A stretch of DNA of 47,667 nt from Candidatus Poseidoniia archaeon (lineage in GTDB: Archaea > Thermoplasmatota > Poseidoniia > MGIII > CG-Epi1). The DNA lies in NCBI GenBank assembly GCA_034399455.1, contig DASCSW010000001.1, positions 1 through 47,667 of the forward strand. The letters run 5' to 3'. The notes below the pieces were generated by a model. The model was not told the DNA's origin. It ran no database searches and worked only from the letters and a program-made list of their open reading frames with translations. How positions within the stretch are numbered: the stretch's first letter is position 1; every line of letters starts with the position of its first letter. Below, piece by piece: positions 36,711-45,772 of the stretch. The position numbers and the translations under genes are program-made.

Positions 36711-37295
36711 ATGAGCATCCCTAAATATCTTCGAAAACAAAGAGGTTTGTTACAATTAAAACAGAAAGAAAAATGGATAGTTTGGAATCCTTACCATTCA
36801 AAATTAGCTGCTTATATACTTGGCGAGGGGGAAAATTGGCCGTTTTCAAAAGAATGTAATATTCTATACCTAGGTGCTGCTGAAGGAAATACTATCAGCT
36901 TTTTAAGCGTAATTTGTGATAAAGGAAAAATAATTGGTGTTGATATTTCTCCAATGGCTATGGCTGAATTAGTTAAATTAGCTGAAAAAAGAAATAATAT
37001 AATTCCTTTCTTAGGGGATGCTCATTTTCCTGAAAAATATGAAATTTATGCTGGAAATCCAGATATTATATATCAAGATATTGCACAATCAGATCAAATC
37101 GAAATTTTTATAAGAAATTATCATTTTTTTAAACCTAAGTGTGGATTTCTTATGATTAAATCACACTCTATGTCTGGAAAAAATAAGGATATATTTGAAA
37201 AAAGTAAAGAATTACTTGAAAAAGAATTTAATCTTTTGGAGATTATTGACATTAAAAAATGGGCTAAGGGCCACAAAGCATACTACATTGAATAA
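36711..37295 (+). CDS. flpA: Fibrillarin-like rRNA/tRNA 2'-O-methyltransferase with a shortened N-terminal domain
   Basis: The 194-aa product has VWNPYHSKLAAYIL, ILYLGAAEGNTISFLS, NIIPFLGDAHFPEKY and IIYQDIAQSDQIEIFIRN, collinear with remembered M. jannaschii fibrillarin. Only about 22 aa precede the WNP block, against about 48 in the remembered sequence. It starts 1 nt after the top6B stop. Confidence 0.8.
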   Translation: MSIPKYLRKQRGLLQLKQKEKWIVWNPYHSKLAAYILGEGENWPFSKECNILYLGAAEGNTISFLSVICDKGKIIGVDISPMAMAELVKLAEKRNNIIPFLGDAHFPEKYEIYAGNPDIIYQDIAQSDQIEIFIRNYHFFKPKCGFLMIKSHSMSGKNKDIFEKSKELLEKEFNLLEIIDIKKWAKGHKAYYIE

Positions 37296-37370
37296 TGGAG
37301 CCATCGGTGGGAATCGAACCCACGACCTGCGCCTTACCAAGGCACCGCTATACCCCTTAGCCACGATGGC
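37296..37370 (-). tRNA. tRNA-Thr (anticodon GGU), CCA encoded
   Basis: Hand-folded cloverleaf from the minus strand: GCCATCG TG GCTA AGGGGTA TAGC G GTGCC TTGGTAA GGCGC AGGTC GTGGG TTCGATT CCCAC CGATGGC T CCA. All four stems pair, the T-loop is TTCGATT, and there is no intron. Confidence 0.9.
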
Positions 37371-37420
37371 TCTTCTTTGTGACTGAAGGGGCCTAAAAAG
37401 AGTTTATCACAAATTATAGG

Positions 37421-37432
37421 TTATTATAAAAA
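37421..37432 (+). promoter_or_regulatory. Candidate TATA box upstream of lhr
   Basis: The element ttattataaaaa lies 31-42 nt upstream of the TTG at 37463 and about 60 nt upstream of the in-frame ATG at 37490. Confidence 0.3.
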
Positions 37433-37462
37433 TCACCCATAAGCTATTACACCCTTCGCTAA

Positions 37463-40400
37463 TTGGTGGCAAATGGTTTATCAAAAAACATGGTAAAGTA
37501 CATAACAAATAGAAAAAGTAAAGAAGAAGTGTTAAATGGATTTGAACCTTTAATCCAAAAATGGTTTAATTCCAAATTTGATGATTTAACTCCGCCGCAA
37601 TCAATGGCAGTACCCTTGATTCACAATAAAGAAAATGTACTCGTTTCAAGCCCTACGGGCTCTGGTAAAACTCTAACTGCTTTTCTTAGTATACTTAATG
37701 ATTTTCTAAGAATTCACCGTAAAAGTGAATTAGAAGATGGAGTACATGCAATATATATTTCTCCACTCAAAGCACTGGCAAATGATATTGATAGAAACCT
37801 AAGGCAACCCCTAGATGAAATGATGGTTCTTGCAGAAGAACTAAATTTAGATGTACCTGAAATTAAGGTTGCTGTAAGGTCAGGTGATACATCACTTAAA
37901 GAAAGAGCTAGGATGGTTAGAAAACCACCTCATATTTTGATTACAACACCTGAAAGTTTAGGACTATTATTATCATCTAAAAAATTCAGAGATCACTTCA
38001 GAAAAACAAGATATATTATACTTGATGAAATACATGATTTAGCAAATAACAAAAGAGGTACACATCTTTCCTTATCTGTAGAAAGATTAGCTCAAATTAT
38101 TGAGACTGAGCCCGTCAGAATTGGATTGTCTGCAACACAAGCTCCAATTGAAGATATTGCCGGATTTTTAGGAGGTTATAGTAAGGGAAAACCGCGGCCT
38201 ATAAATATAGTCGATGTAAAAGAAAGAAAACACTTGGATCTCAAAGTTATTTGTCCTGTAGATAATCTAACATTACATTCTACGGAAGTAATAAATTCAA
38301 AAATGTATGATTTACTTGTTGATTTGGTTAATGACCATAGAACAACTCTAATTTTCACCAATACTAGGGCTGGAACTGAGTCTATAGCACTACAATTAAA
38401 AGAAAGAGGAATAGAAAAATTAGCAGCACACCATGGTTCTTTATCCAAAGAAATGAGATTAGATGTTGAAGAAAAATTAAAAGCGGGTGAAATGGATGTC
38501 GTTATTTCATCAACAAGTCTTGAATTAGGAATTGATATTGGATATGTGGACTTAGTTGTTCAAATTGGATCACCAAAATCTATTGCTAAAGGATTGCAAA
38601 GAATTGGACGAGCAGGACACGCCCTAAGTGCAATATCAAAAGGAAGATTAGTTGTATTTGATCCGGATGACTTAATAGAATGTGCTGTTCTGGTAAGATC
38701 GGCATATAAAGGACAAATTGATCGTGTATCTATTCCTGAAAAAGCTACTGATGTCCTTGCACAATCAATTATTGGAATGTCTTTAGATCGCAAATGGGAC
38801 AGTGATGAAATGTACGATTTGGTGTCTTCAGCTTATCCTTATCGTAATATGTCAAAAAACGAATTTCTAGATGTTCTAGATTTCTTAGGCGGCAATAAAC
38901 TTGAAAATCATGGAGTTTATCCAAAAATATGGTATGATAAAAAGGAAAAAGAAATTGGAATAAAAAGAGGATCACGCCAAATATACAATATGAATATAGG
39001 AACTATCCCTCAAGAAATTAACTACACTGTAGTTTTGGAGGGGAGGGGTGTACAACTCGGGAATCTATCTGAAAAGTTTGTTGAAAACTTATCGAAAAAT
39101 GATATTTTTGTTTTAGGAGGAAGAACATACCAATTCATAGAATCAAATCGAACAACAGTTGTTGTAAAAGATGGATTGGGTAGAAAACCAACCGTACCTT
39201 CTTGGTCTGGTGAAATGCTTCCTCGCTCATTTGATTTATCTGAATCTGTAGGGAAATTTAGAGCTGAAGTTGAAGAAAAATTAGAATTAGCAGAAGAAGA
39301 AATAATTCAATGGCTTAAAGATGAATTTAGGCTGGATAAGGGTGCATCAAAAACTATAATTTCACATTTAGATGAACAGAAGAAGATTTGTGGTTTTGTT
39401 CCATCAAATAAACACCTAATGGTTGAGGGGTATTTAGACAACCGAGGAAGAAGTGGAGCAATTTTCCATTTTCCATTCGGTAGAAGAGTTAATGATGCAT
39501 TATCAAGAGCATTTGCTTTTCAACTAGGTAGAGAAGTTGGAAGTAGTGTCAGAATATCCCTTAGTGATGATGCATTTCTTTTAACTTTTCCAACGCGATT
39601 AGCAATTGAAGGCATTGCTGATCGTCTAATGCCTCAATCTCTAGAACCATTGTTAAGAAAGGCCATAACTAATACTGAAATCTTTGCACAGAGATTTAGA
39701 CATTGTGCAAATCGATCATTTATGGTTTTACGGAATTATAAAGGAAGAGAAATTTCTTTACCAAGACAACAATTACGTACTGCTCAAGTTTTAGAGGCAA
39801 TAAATGAAATTGATACCTTTCCTATGCTTGAAGAAGCATACCGTGAAGTATTACATGATGCTTTTGACTTAAAAAATGCTCAGTTAATTATAGATGAAAT
39901 AAAAAGTGGAGTACGTAAAATAGATTACAGAACTTATTCACCAGTACCATCTCCGTTATCTCATAGTTTAATCCTATCTGGTTTAAGTGATATTGTGTTA
40001 ATGGAGGATAGATCGGCTCTTCTAAGGGAATTACATACTCAAGTTTTAGGAAGAGTACTAGAACAGAATGATGGTGAAAAACCGAGATTTGAAAAAGATT
40101 TAATTGATGGATATTTCAATGAAAAGAAACCAATTATTGGTAGCAGAGAAGGATTGACTCAAGCCATTAAACAAATAGGTGGTATCTACTTACTAAATGA
40201 TAGAGAAAAATCTACCTATCGCATGTCCGATATGGCTACCACAGAAATGCAAGACTTATGCCATGATATGATAAATGAAGGTCATGTAGAATCTGTTTGG
40301 ACTGGGGAAAAGGATGATTTATTTGTAATACCTGAATTAGTACCTTATTATCAAGCAATTTATGGAATTGATGAACATTTATCAAAAGATGCAAAGAAAG

Positions 40401-42826
40401 TTTATAGTAAATTAAAAGGAATTAAAGAAATTAAACCTAAAAAAATTTCTGTAGAATTAGAAAAGAATTATCTCGTTTCAAAAACACCCGAAGGCATTAG
40501 AAAAAGAAAAATAGAGAAAACGATTTCTTATGAGAAAGCACTAGATTGGATTATTATCAAGCATCTGGGATTTGTAGGTCCGCAAGCAAAAGAAGATATT
40601 GCACTAGAACTAAGATTATCGGAAGATATTGTTAGCCAATCACTCTATGACCTAGAAGAACAAGGAACTATCCAAGGTGGTAATTTCATGTTGGGAAGAA
40701 ATACTCCCCAATATTTACTAGCTGAAGATGTTATTTACCTTGAAGCTCAATCACTTGGAAACATAGATGTTATTTCTGAAAATATATATAGGGAATACAT
40801 CGATTACAAGCTTTTCAAAAAATTTCCAAGCCTTCAAACTCTTTTTGACCAGCACAATGACGTTTCATCTCCTAGAACTGTATTCCATAGATTAGAAAAA
40901 CCTGATCTAAATGAGTGGTGGGAATGGAGAGATTCGGATGCAATACTACAAGGGCGGTTTTCTGCGGGAAGATTAAGATACGTGCCTGCAAACAAAATAG
41001 GTATGTATCAAGCATTATTCCGAAGAGAACCTGAAGGTAAAATTCAAAATTTGATAGTAGATATGCTAAAAAGAAGTCCGCCCCTGTCAAAAAGCGAAAT
41101 ATCTAAAGAATTAGAAATAAAAAGTGAACTAGTAGATGGGGCGCTGCGTGCACTTGAAGAAAAATTAATGATTCATCGATATAATAGGCATAGAAACCCT
41201 TGGACTACACATAATCGCTACAGATTACTCAATGAATATACTGCTCCGGAAGAACCTGAAAAAAAAGTAATGATTGAACAATTAAGAAGTACAGGACCTT
41301 TGACTTTTGCAGAACTTAGAAGAGAATGTGGTTTACCACTACATGTAGCAAGAAATATACTAAATAATTTACAAGAAGAAGATATTGTAGCAAAAATTGT
41401 TGTAGTTGGAGCTACAAGATTATTTGAATATTGTCTTAAGAACGAAATAGATATAATTAAAAAAACAAAAGAAGAGAAGAAGGTTCGTGTTGTTTCTTGG
41501 AGAGACCCAATTCTTACACATATACGCAGGGAAATGTATTCTAATTACGGTGAAGCTTGGACCAATCCAATAATCTGTGGAGGTATGGTTGGTGGATATA
41601 TGGAAGCATGGGCTATGTCTGGATTATTGGATGTAAGAGAAGTAATTTTAGAAGATAATACTTCAATATCTAAGTTCTTAGATGCTTTAGACGAGTTTGC
41701 AACTTATCAAGAAAATTTTCATAGTAATATAATAAGAGTTAAAGCATTTGCAAGTACAAAAGTAGAAGAATTGGATAGCAATATAATTGAACAATTCATA
41801 GAAAAAGGATACCAACGAATTAGAAATTGGCTTGTAAAAGGCCCAGTTATAAAAAACGAGTATCAAGAAAGAGAAATCTATGGTTACTTATTGTGGCAGC
41901 AAAGAATTAATCCTGAAAAGAGATTTACAAATGCAACTGAAGCTTTTAGAGAAATGGGTGGTGTTCGTTCTGAATATGAATTATCTTTGAGAGTACAAGG
42001 GAGATTCTTTCACCCTCGAGATTATGGGAATGAAATGGAACTAGTACAGGGAGTTATGATTCCAGGTTATGCAACTTATTGTAATGTTAGAGACGCTATA
42101 ATCTATAGAGATGCACGTAATATTCCACCAGAACCTGATGATCGAAGATTATTAGCTCTTGCAATTGATTCTAAAGGATTGCCTCGCGAAGAACTATACC
42201 GAAGAAGTGGAATGGATCCTGATTCATTTAAACAATCGTTAGCACGTTTGTACCAATCTCTAAACTTAGTCCGAACTGCAAGAGGGAATTATAGAACTTT
42301 ACCAGTTAATAGAATATATGAGCCTAAAGAAGCACGTTTCAGAGTTGTAAAAAGATTAATATTATCATTTGGAATTGTGTCTGCTGAGAGATTAGGCATG
42401 CTCCTAAAAGGAGAAATTCCTATGGCTGAACTTAGAAGTATATTGCTAAGATTAGAACACGAAAATGTATTAGTTAAAGGATTCTTGAAAGAAGGTAGTG
42501 AAACACTTTACTGGATTATAAAGGATGATAAAGATTACATTAAAGGTCATCTATTCCAAGGAAGTTTTGTTCTTAACCAAGGAGACCGACTATCACACTA
42601 CCTTAGCGAAGATGTTAAACAAAAATTTGGTTTAGGAGCATGCAATGTAATCTTCAGTTCAACTAGAATGACGGGAGCATTCAAAATGTCAAAAAGAGGT
42701 AAAGATGTTATTATTACTGAATTTATAGGAACTAACCATGAAAGGCATGTGATTGAAGCTTGGTGTAGACAATGGAGATTAAATCTAGATTGGGAATTAA
42801 AATCTGAAGAAAAAGTTGATATTTAA
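37463..42826 (+). CDS. lhr: Lhr-family large ATP-dependent SF2 helicase with a C-terminal extension of about 900 aa made of winged-helix / AlkZ(YcaQ)-like modules
   Basis: The 1787-aa product has Lhr-core blocks: FDDLTPPQSMAVPLI, SSPTGSGKT, YISPLKALANDI, ILDEIHDL, GLSATQAP, AAHHGSLS, SSTSLELGIDIG, QRIGRAGH, and a DEAD-associated domain (IFAQRFRHCANRS). The C-terminal half contains HTH-like segments (PPLSKSEISKELEIKSELVDGALRALEEK; GPLTFAELRRECGLPLHVARNILNNLQEE). It also contains two blocks resembling the YcaQ/AlkZ core (VVSWRDPIL...PIICGGMVGGYMEAW; FVLNQGDRL...VIFSSTRMTGAFKM). The ATG at 37490 is a plausible alternative start. Confidence 0.85.
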   Translation: MVANGLSKNMVKYITNRKSKEEVLNGFEPLIQKWFNSKFDDLTPPQSMAVPLIHNKENVLVSSPTGSGKTLTAFLSILNDFLRIHRKSELEDGVHAIYISPLKALANDIDRNLRQPLDEMMVLAEELNLDVPEIKVAVRSGDTSLKERARMVRKPPHILITTPESLGLLLSSKKFRDHFRKTRYIILDEIHDLANNKRGTHLSLSVERLAQIIETEPVRIGLSATQAPIEDIAGFLGGYSKGKPRPINIVDVKERKHLDLKVICPVDNLTLHSTEVINSKMYDLLVDLVNDHRTTLIFTNTRAGTESIALQLKERGIEKLAAHHGSLSKEMRLDVEEKLKAGEMDVVISSTSLELGIDIGYVDLVVQIGSPKSIAKGLQRIGRAGHALSAISKGRLVVFDPDDLIECAVLVRSAYKGQIDRVSIPEKATDVLAQSIIGMSLDRKWDSDEMYDLVSSAYPYRNMSKNEFLDVLDFLGGNKLENHGVYPKIWYDKKEKEIGIKRGSRQIYNMNIGTIPQEINYTVVLEGRGVQLGNLSEKFVENLSKNDIFVLGGRTYQFIESNRTTVVVKDGLGRKPTVPSWSGEMLPRSFDLSESVGKFRAEVEEKLELAEEEIIQWLKDEFRLDKGASKTIISHLDEQKKICGFVPSNKHLMVEGYLDNRGRSGAIFHFPFGRRVNDALSRAFAFQLGREVGSSVRISLSDDAFLLTFPTRLAIEGIADRLMPQSLEPLLRKAITNTEIFAQRFRHCANRSFMVLRNYKGREISLPRQQLRTAQVLEAINEIDTFPMLEEAYREVLHDAFDLKNAQLIIDEIKSGVRKIDYRTYSPVPSPLSHSLILSGLSDIVLMEDRSALLRELHTQVLGRVLEQNDGEKPRFEKDLIDGYFNEKKPIIGSREGLTQAIKQIGGIYLLNDREKSTYRMSDMATTEMQDLCHDMINEGHVESVWTGEKDDLFVIPELVPYYQAIYGIDEHLSKDAKKVYSKLKGIKEIKPKKISVELEKNYLVSKTPEGIRKRKIEKTISYEKALDWIIIKHLGFVGPQAKEDIALELRLSEDIVSQSLYDLEEQGTIQGGNFMLGRNTPQYLLAEDVIYLEAQSLGNIDVISENIYREYIDYKLFKKFPSLQTLFDQHNDVSSPRTVFHRLEKPDLNEWWEWRDSDAILQGRFSAGRLRYVPANKIGMYQALFRREPEGKIQNLIVDMLKRSPPLSKSEISKELEIKSELVDGALRALEEKLMIHRYNRHRNPWTTHNRYRLLNEYTAPEEPEKKVMIEQLRSTGPLTFAELRRECGLPLHVARNILNNLQEEDIVAKIVVVGATRLFEYCLKNEIDIIKKTKEEKKVRVVSWRDPILTHIRREMYSNYGEAWTNPIICGGMVGGYMEAWAMSGLLDVREVILEDNTSISKFLDALDEFATYQENFHSNIIRVKAFASTKVEELDSNIIEQFIEKGYQRIRNWLVKGPVIKNEYQEREIYGYLLWQQRINPEKRFTNATEAFREMGGVRSEYELSLRVQGRFFHPRDYGNEMELVQGVMIPGYATYCNVRDAIIYRDARNIPPEPDDRRLLALAIDSKGLPREELYRRSGMDPDSFKQSLARLYQSLNLVRTARGNYRTLPVNRIYEPKEARFRVVKRLILSFGIVSAERLGMLLKGEIPMAELRSILLRLEHENVLVKGFLKEGSETLYWIIKDDKDYIKGHLFQGSFVLNQGDRLSHYLSEDVKQKFGLGACNVIFSSTRMTGAFKMSKRGKDVIITEFIGTNHERHVIEAWCRQWRLNLDWELKSEEKVDI

Positions 42827-43641
42827 TCAAATGCACAATAAACCGAATCTGGTACTTTTGTGTGAATATTATACAATTGTTCATCGGATAAAATATTATT
42901 TTCAATCGCTTTGAAAGTCTTACGAGGTACTGTCTTTGGACCCATAACTGCACCTGGTCTCTTTGGATCATCTAAATAATCTGTTTCTAACATAAAGTCA
43001 AATTTAGTCTTAGCTGCGTAATCTATATTTGTTGAAGATGATATTATTGAAACTATAAGCCCATTAGGATTTTCTATAGAACCAGGACCTCCATAATGTT
43101 TAACCAATTTCTCTTTTGGGAAATTAGCTCTTGAGGCAAGATGTGAAAGCGATGACATCACCTCTGGAGTACCTGTCTCAGTATGCAACACTACTGCAGC
43201 ATCTACGTCTTTAGCCCTTCTCAAGGATTCACAAAGAACTTCATTAGATAAATCCCAAACTGAAGAATCTACCTCAAAATGAGGCCTGCCTAATTCACCT
43301 AAACCTACAATTTTTTTTTCATCAACTAAATTTGTGCAAAAATCAACTGCATCAAGATAGATTTCTGAGGCCCCTATTTCATCTTCAAATTCAAGAAGCT
43401 TAATTAAATCTATAGGATGAGGAGAGGCTACAACTGCAACTTTAGCACCAACATCTCTTGCTTTTTTTGCTAAAGTTAATGTTATTTCAACCTGTTTTTC
43501 AAATTCTACTAACTTCTTCCAAGAGCTATAGGGCTTGTTTACCAAAACTAATCTTGTCCCCCCGGCTCTTAAAAATTCCTTTACTGCTAATTCTTTTCGA
43601 CCCCCTGGATCTAAATGAAAATGATTATCAGTAATTTCCAC
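42823..43641 (-). CDS. TatD-related metal-dependent hydrolase (TIM-barrel amidohydrolase superfamily, archaeal COG1099-like)
   Basis: The 272-aa product begins MEITDNHFHLDPGG (HxH metal motif). It also has GLGELGRPHF, VVLHTE and DYLDD. Its stop codon overlaps the convergent lhr stop (TTAA at 42823-42826). Confidence 0.7.
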   Translation of the reverse strand: MEITDNHFHLDPGGRKELAVKEFLRAGGTRLVLVNKPYSSWKKLVEFEKQVEITLTLAKKARDVGAKVAVVASPHPIDLIKLLEFEDEIGASEIYLDAVDFCTNLVDEKKIVGLGELGRPHFEVDSSVWDLSNEVLCESLRRAKDVDAAVVLHTETGTPEVMSSLSHLASRANFPKEKLVKHYGGPGSIENPNGLIVSIISSSTNIDYAAKTKFDFMLETDYLDDPKRPGAVMGPKTVPRKTFKAIENNILSDEQLYNIHTKVPDSVYCAFD

Positions 43642-43714
43642 ATTTATTGTAATTAGATGGCTCCGTATAGGCTTTGCTCAAACAACAACATAATATTTAA
43701 TATCGTGCGCTTGT

Positions 43715-45772
43715 TTGAAGAGAACTGATATGGGCCCCATGAAAACCTGGACACTTTTGACTTTGCTGATTAGTATTGGCTTTGGCATGAGTAATGCATC
43801 TGCAGACGATGCGGAATTTGATTTTAGATTTGATAACCCTACAGATGGAGAAGGCTCAATTGACCCTGATTCTACGATTGAGTTAAAAGTAACAATAGAA
43901 AATTATCTAACAGAACCTCGTGAATATGAATTATTCATAACCAATTCTAATGAATACGAAAGTAATGGACTAGAAGCTTGGTGGAGTAATGATGGTCAAG
44001 ATGATCTTAGTACTGAATCGACATCCTTACCTGCAATAGACGTAGCTGATGGTGAAATAAGAGATGGAATAACCGTAACAGTTAGAGCAACGGAGAATGC
44101 AGTTTATGGAACTTACAGTGTAAGTTTAAAATGTAGAGACAAAGACAATAGTGAACCGGAAGCAAACAAACAAATTCTTGATTTAACTGTAAACGTCAAT
44201 GAAAGAGCTGAAGTTTCTCTAGAAATTGATGAGGGAGGAAGTACTGAAGGATCTGTGGATATTGAAGGATATACAACATATCAAATCAAAGTAAATAATG
44301 ATGGAAATAAACAGGATACATTCAGTTTATCTACTTCATCAAATGATTGGGATGCTAGTTTTAGTGATGATTCAGTAACTATTGACGCTTTTTCAAGCCA
44401 AATTGTGATTTTAACCATTGAAGCTGAAAACAATGTAGATTATGGAGATAGTGATGATTTAGAAATTAAAGCTAAATCTGGAAATGATGGAGATGTAGAG
44501 AGTACCTTAGATTTAACAACATATGTAAGAGTCTACTACGGAATTGGTCTTACAGCTACATCAAGTAATGTTGCTGGAGAACCTGGTTCTACAGTAACTT
44601 TTAATTTCAAAATATTGAATAAATGGTCTGAAAGTGTCAATTATGAAATAACAAAGAAAGATTGGTACCAAGGAACAGAAAGCAATCGTCCGGAAGGATG
44701 GAGCTGGAGTGATGGAACGGGTACCTTAGATTCTTATGAAGAAAGTTCACAGGCCAAAGTTACAATTCAAATTTCATCAGGTGCTGACGCTGGAGATGTA
44801 GTTACTATTCGTGTTAAAGCAAAAGTTAGTGGGGACAATGATGATGTGGGTTCGGTTGAATTAGAAATTGAAATAACTGTAGAAGGTGATTATAATGTTC
44901 AGATTGTTTTACCAAAAAGCGATCAAATTGATTTAGATGCAGGCAAAACCTTCAGTATTTCTCAATATGTACAAGTCAAAAATTTTGCTGATGTTAGTGA
45001 TATAATAGATGTTACTGTTAATTGGGAAATGGGAGGGAATGATTGGACTGTTAGTCCAGATACAATCACTGAAGAATATTCAATTACAATTGAAGCCGGT
45101 GGAGAAAAGCCAATCTACTTAAGTGTGAAAGCCCCAGATGAAGAAGCTGGAAATCAAGCAATGCTAAAAATTAGAGTGCAATCTAATGGTGATTCTTCTA
45201 AATACGATGAAACTACTATTACTTTTAGAGTTAATACTGCATCAGCTACTTCAGGTCCTGAAACCGAAAAGCTTGCTGAAGAAGGAGGAATACCACAATC
45301 CACAATTATGGGGATTGTAGGCCTTGTACTAATTATCGGATTAGGTAGTGCTGCAGTTTATGGTTTACAACAAAGATCAAAAGGAGCCTTTGGAGGTTCA
45401 GATAGTCAAGTAGATGATTTTAGTGATGAATGGGCTGGTATGGAAAATACAGGTGCAACAACACCTCCACAAACTATGGCACCTCCACAGCCGCAAACTC
45501 CGCCACCTCAACCTCAAGCCGCACCGCCAGCTGCTGCCGCTCCACCTCAACCACAAGCCGCACCACCTAGTATGGCTGCTATTCCTGAAACTAGTCCACC
45601 TCCTGCCGCCGCTCCACCTCCTGCCGCCGCTCCAACTATAATTGCAATTACAGTACCTGATGGTGTGATGGCTGGTCAACAAATCCAAATTAAGGCTCCA
45701 ACTGGCCAATTAGTTAATGTAAAAGTTCCAGAAGGCTGCGGACCTGGTTCTCAATTCAAAATACAAATTTAA
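43715..45772 (+). CDS. Type I membrane surface protein: signal peptide, acidic ectodomain of repeated CARDB/NEW3-like beta-sandwich modules, one TM helix, Pro/Ala/Gln-rich cytoplasmic linker and a small C-terminal beta module
   Basis: The 685-aa product has the signal-like N-terminus MKTWTLLTLLISIGFGMSNASA. Repeated patterns such as YQIKVNNDGNKQDTFSLSTSSNDWDASF and VTFNFKILNKWSESVNYEI are typical of CARDB/NEW3 modules. The TM helix is IMGIVGLVLIIGLGSAAVYGL (about 45302-45368). The tail then has the PPQPQ/AAPP low-complexity stretch. The annotated start is TTG, with ATGs at 43730 and 43739 more likely. Confidence 0.7.
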   Translation: MKRTDMGPMKTWTLLTLLISIGFGMSNASADDAEFDFRFDNPTDGEGSIDPDSTIELKVTIENYLTEPREYELFITNSNEYESNGLEAWWSNDGQDDLSTESTSLPAIDVADGEIRDGITVTVRATENAVYGTYSVSLKCRDKDNSEPEANKQILDLTVNVNERAEVSLEIDEGGSTEGSVDIEGYTTYQIKVNNDGNKQDTFSLSTSSNDWDASFSDDSVTIDAFSSQIVILTIEAENNVDYGDSDDLEIKAKSGNDGDVESTLDLTTYVRVYYGIGLTATSSNVAGEPGSTVTFNFKILNKWSESVNYEITKKDWYQGTESNRPEGWSWSDGTGTLDSYEESSQAKVTIQISSGADAGDVVTIRVKAKVSGDNDDVGSVELEIEITVEGDYNVQIVLPKSDQIDLDAGKTFSISQYVQVKNFADVSDIIDVTVNWEMGGNDWTVSPDTITEEYSITIEAGGEKPIYLSVKAPDEEAGNQAMLKIRVQSNGDSSKYDETTITFRVNTASATSGPETEKLAEEGGIPQSTIMGIVGLVLIIGLGSAAVYGLQQRSKGAFGGSDSQVDDFSDEWAGMENTGATTPPQTMAPPQPQTPPPQPQAAPPAAAAPPQPQAAPPSMAAIPETSPPPAAAPPPAAAPTIIAITVPDGVMAGQQIQIKAPTGQLVNVKVPEGCGPGSQFKIQI
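45461..45634 (+). repeat. GC-rich Pro/Ala/Gln-coding low-complexity repeat inside the surface-protein gene
   Basis: A 26-nt unit, ccacctcaacc(t/a)caagccgcacc(g/a)cc, occurs at 45503-45528 and 45542-45567. A perfect 18-nt tandem duplication, ccacctcctgccgccgct, occurs at 45596-45613 and 45614-45631. The stretch is markedly more GC-rich than its surroundings. Confidence 0.85.

Noticed and set aside
45398-45709. ORFs on both strands (45398-45709 minus, 45414-45641 plus) over the proline-rich repeat.
   Set aside because: They are alternative frames of a GC-rich low-complexity repeat, giving Trp/Arg/Gly-rich or His/Leu-rich nonsense. The Pro/Ala/Gln frame is continuous with the long surface-protein ORF.
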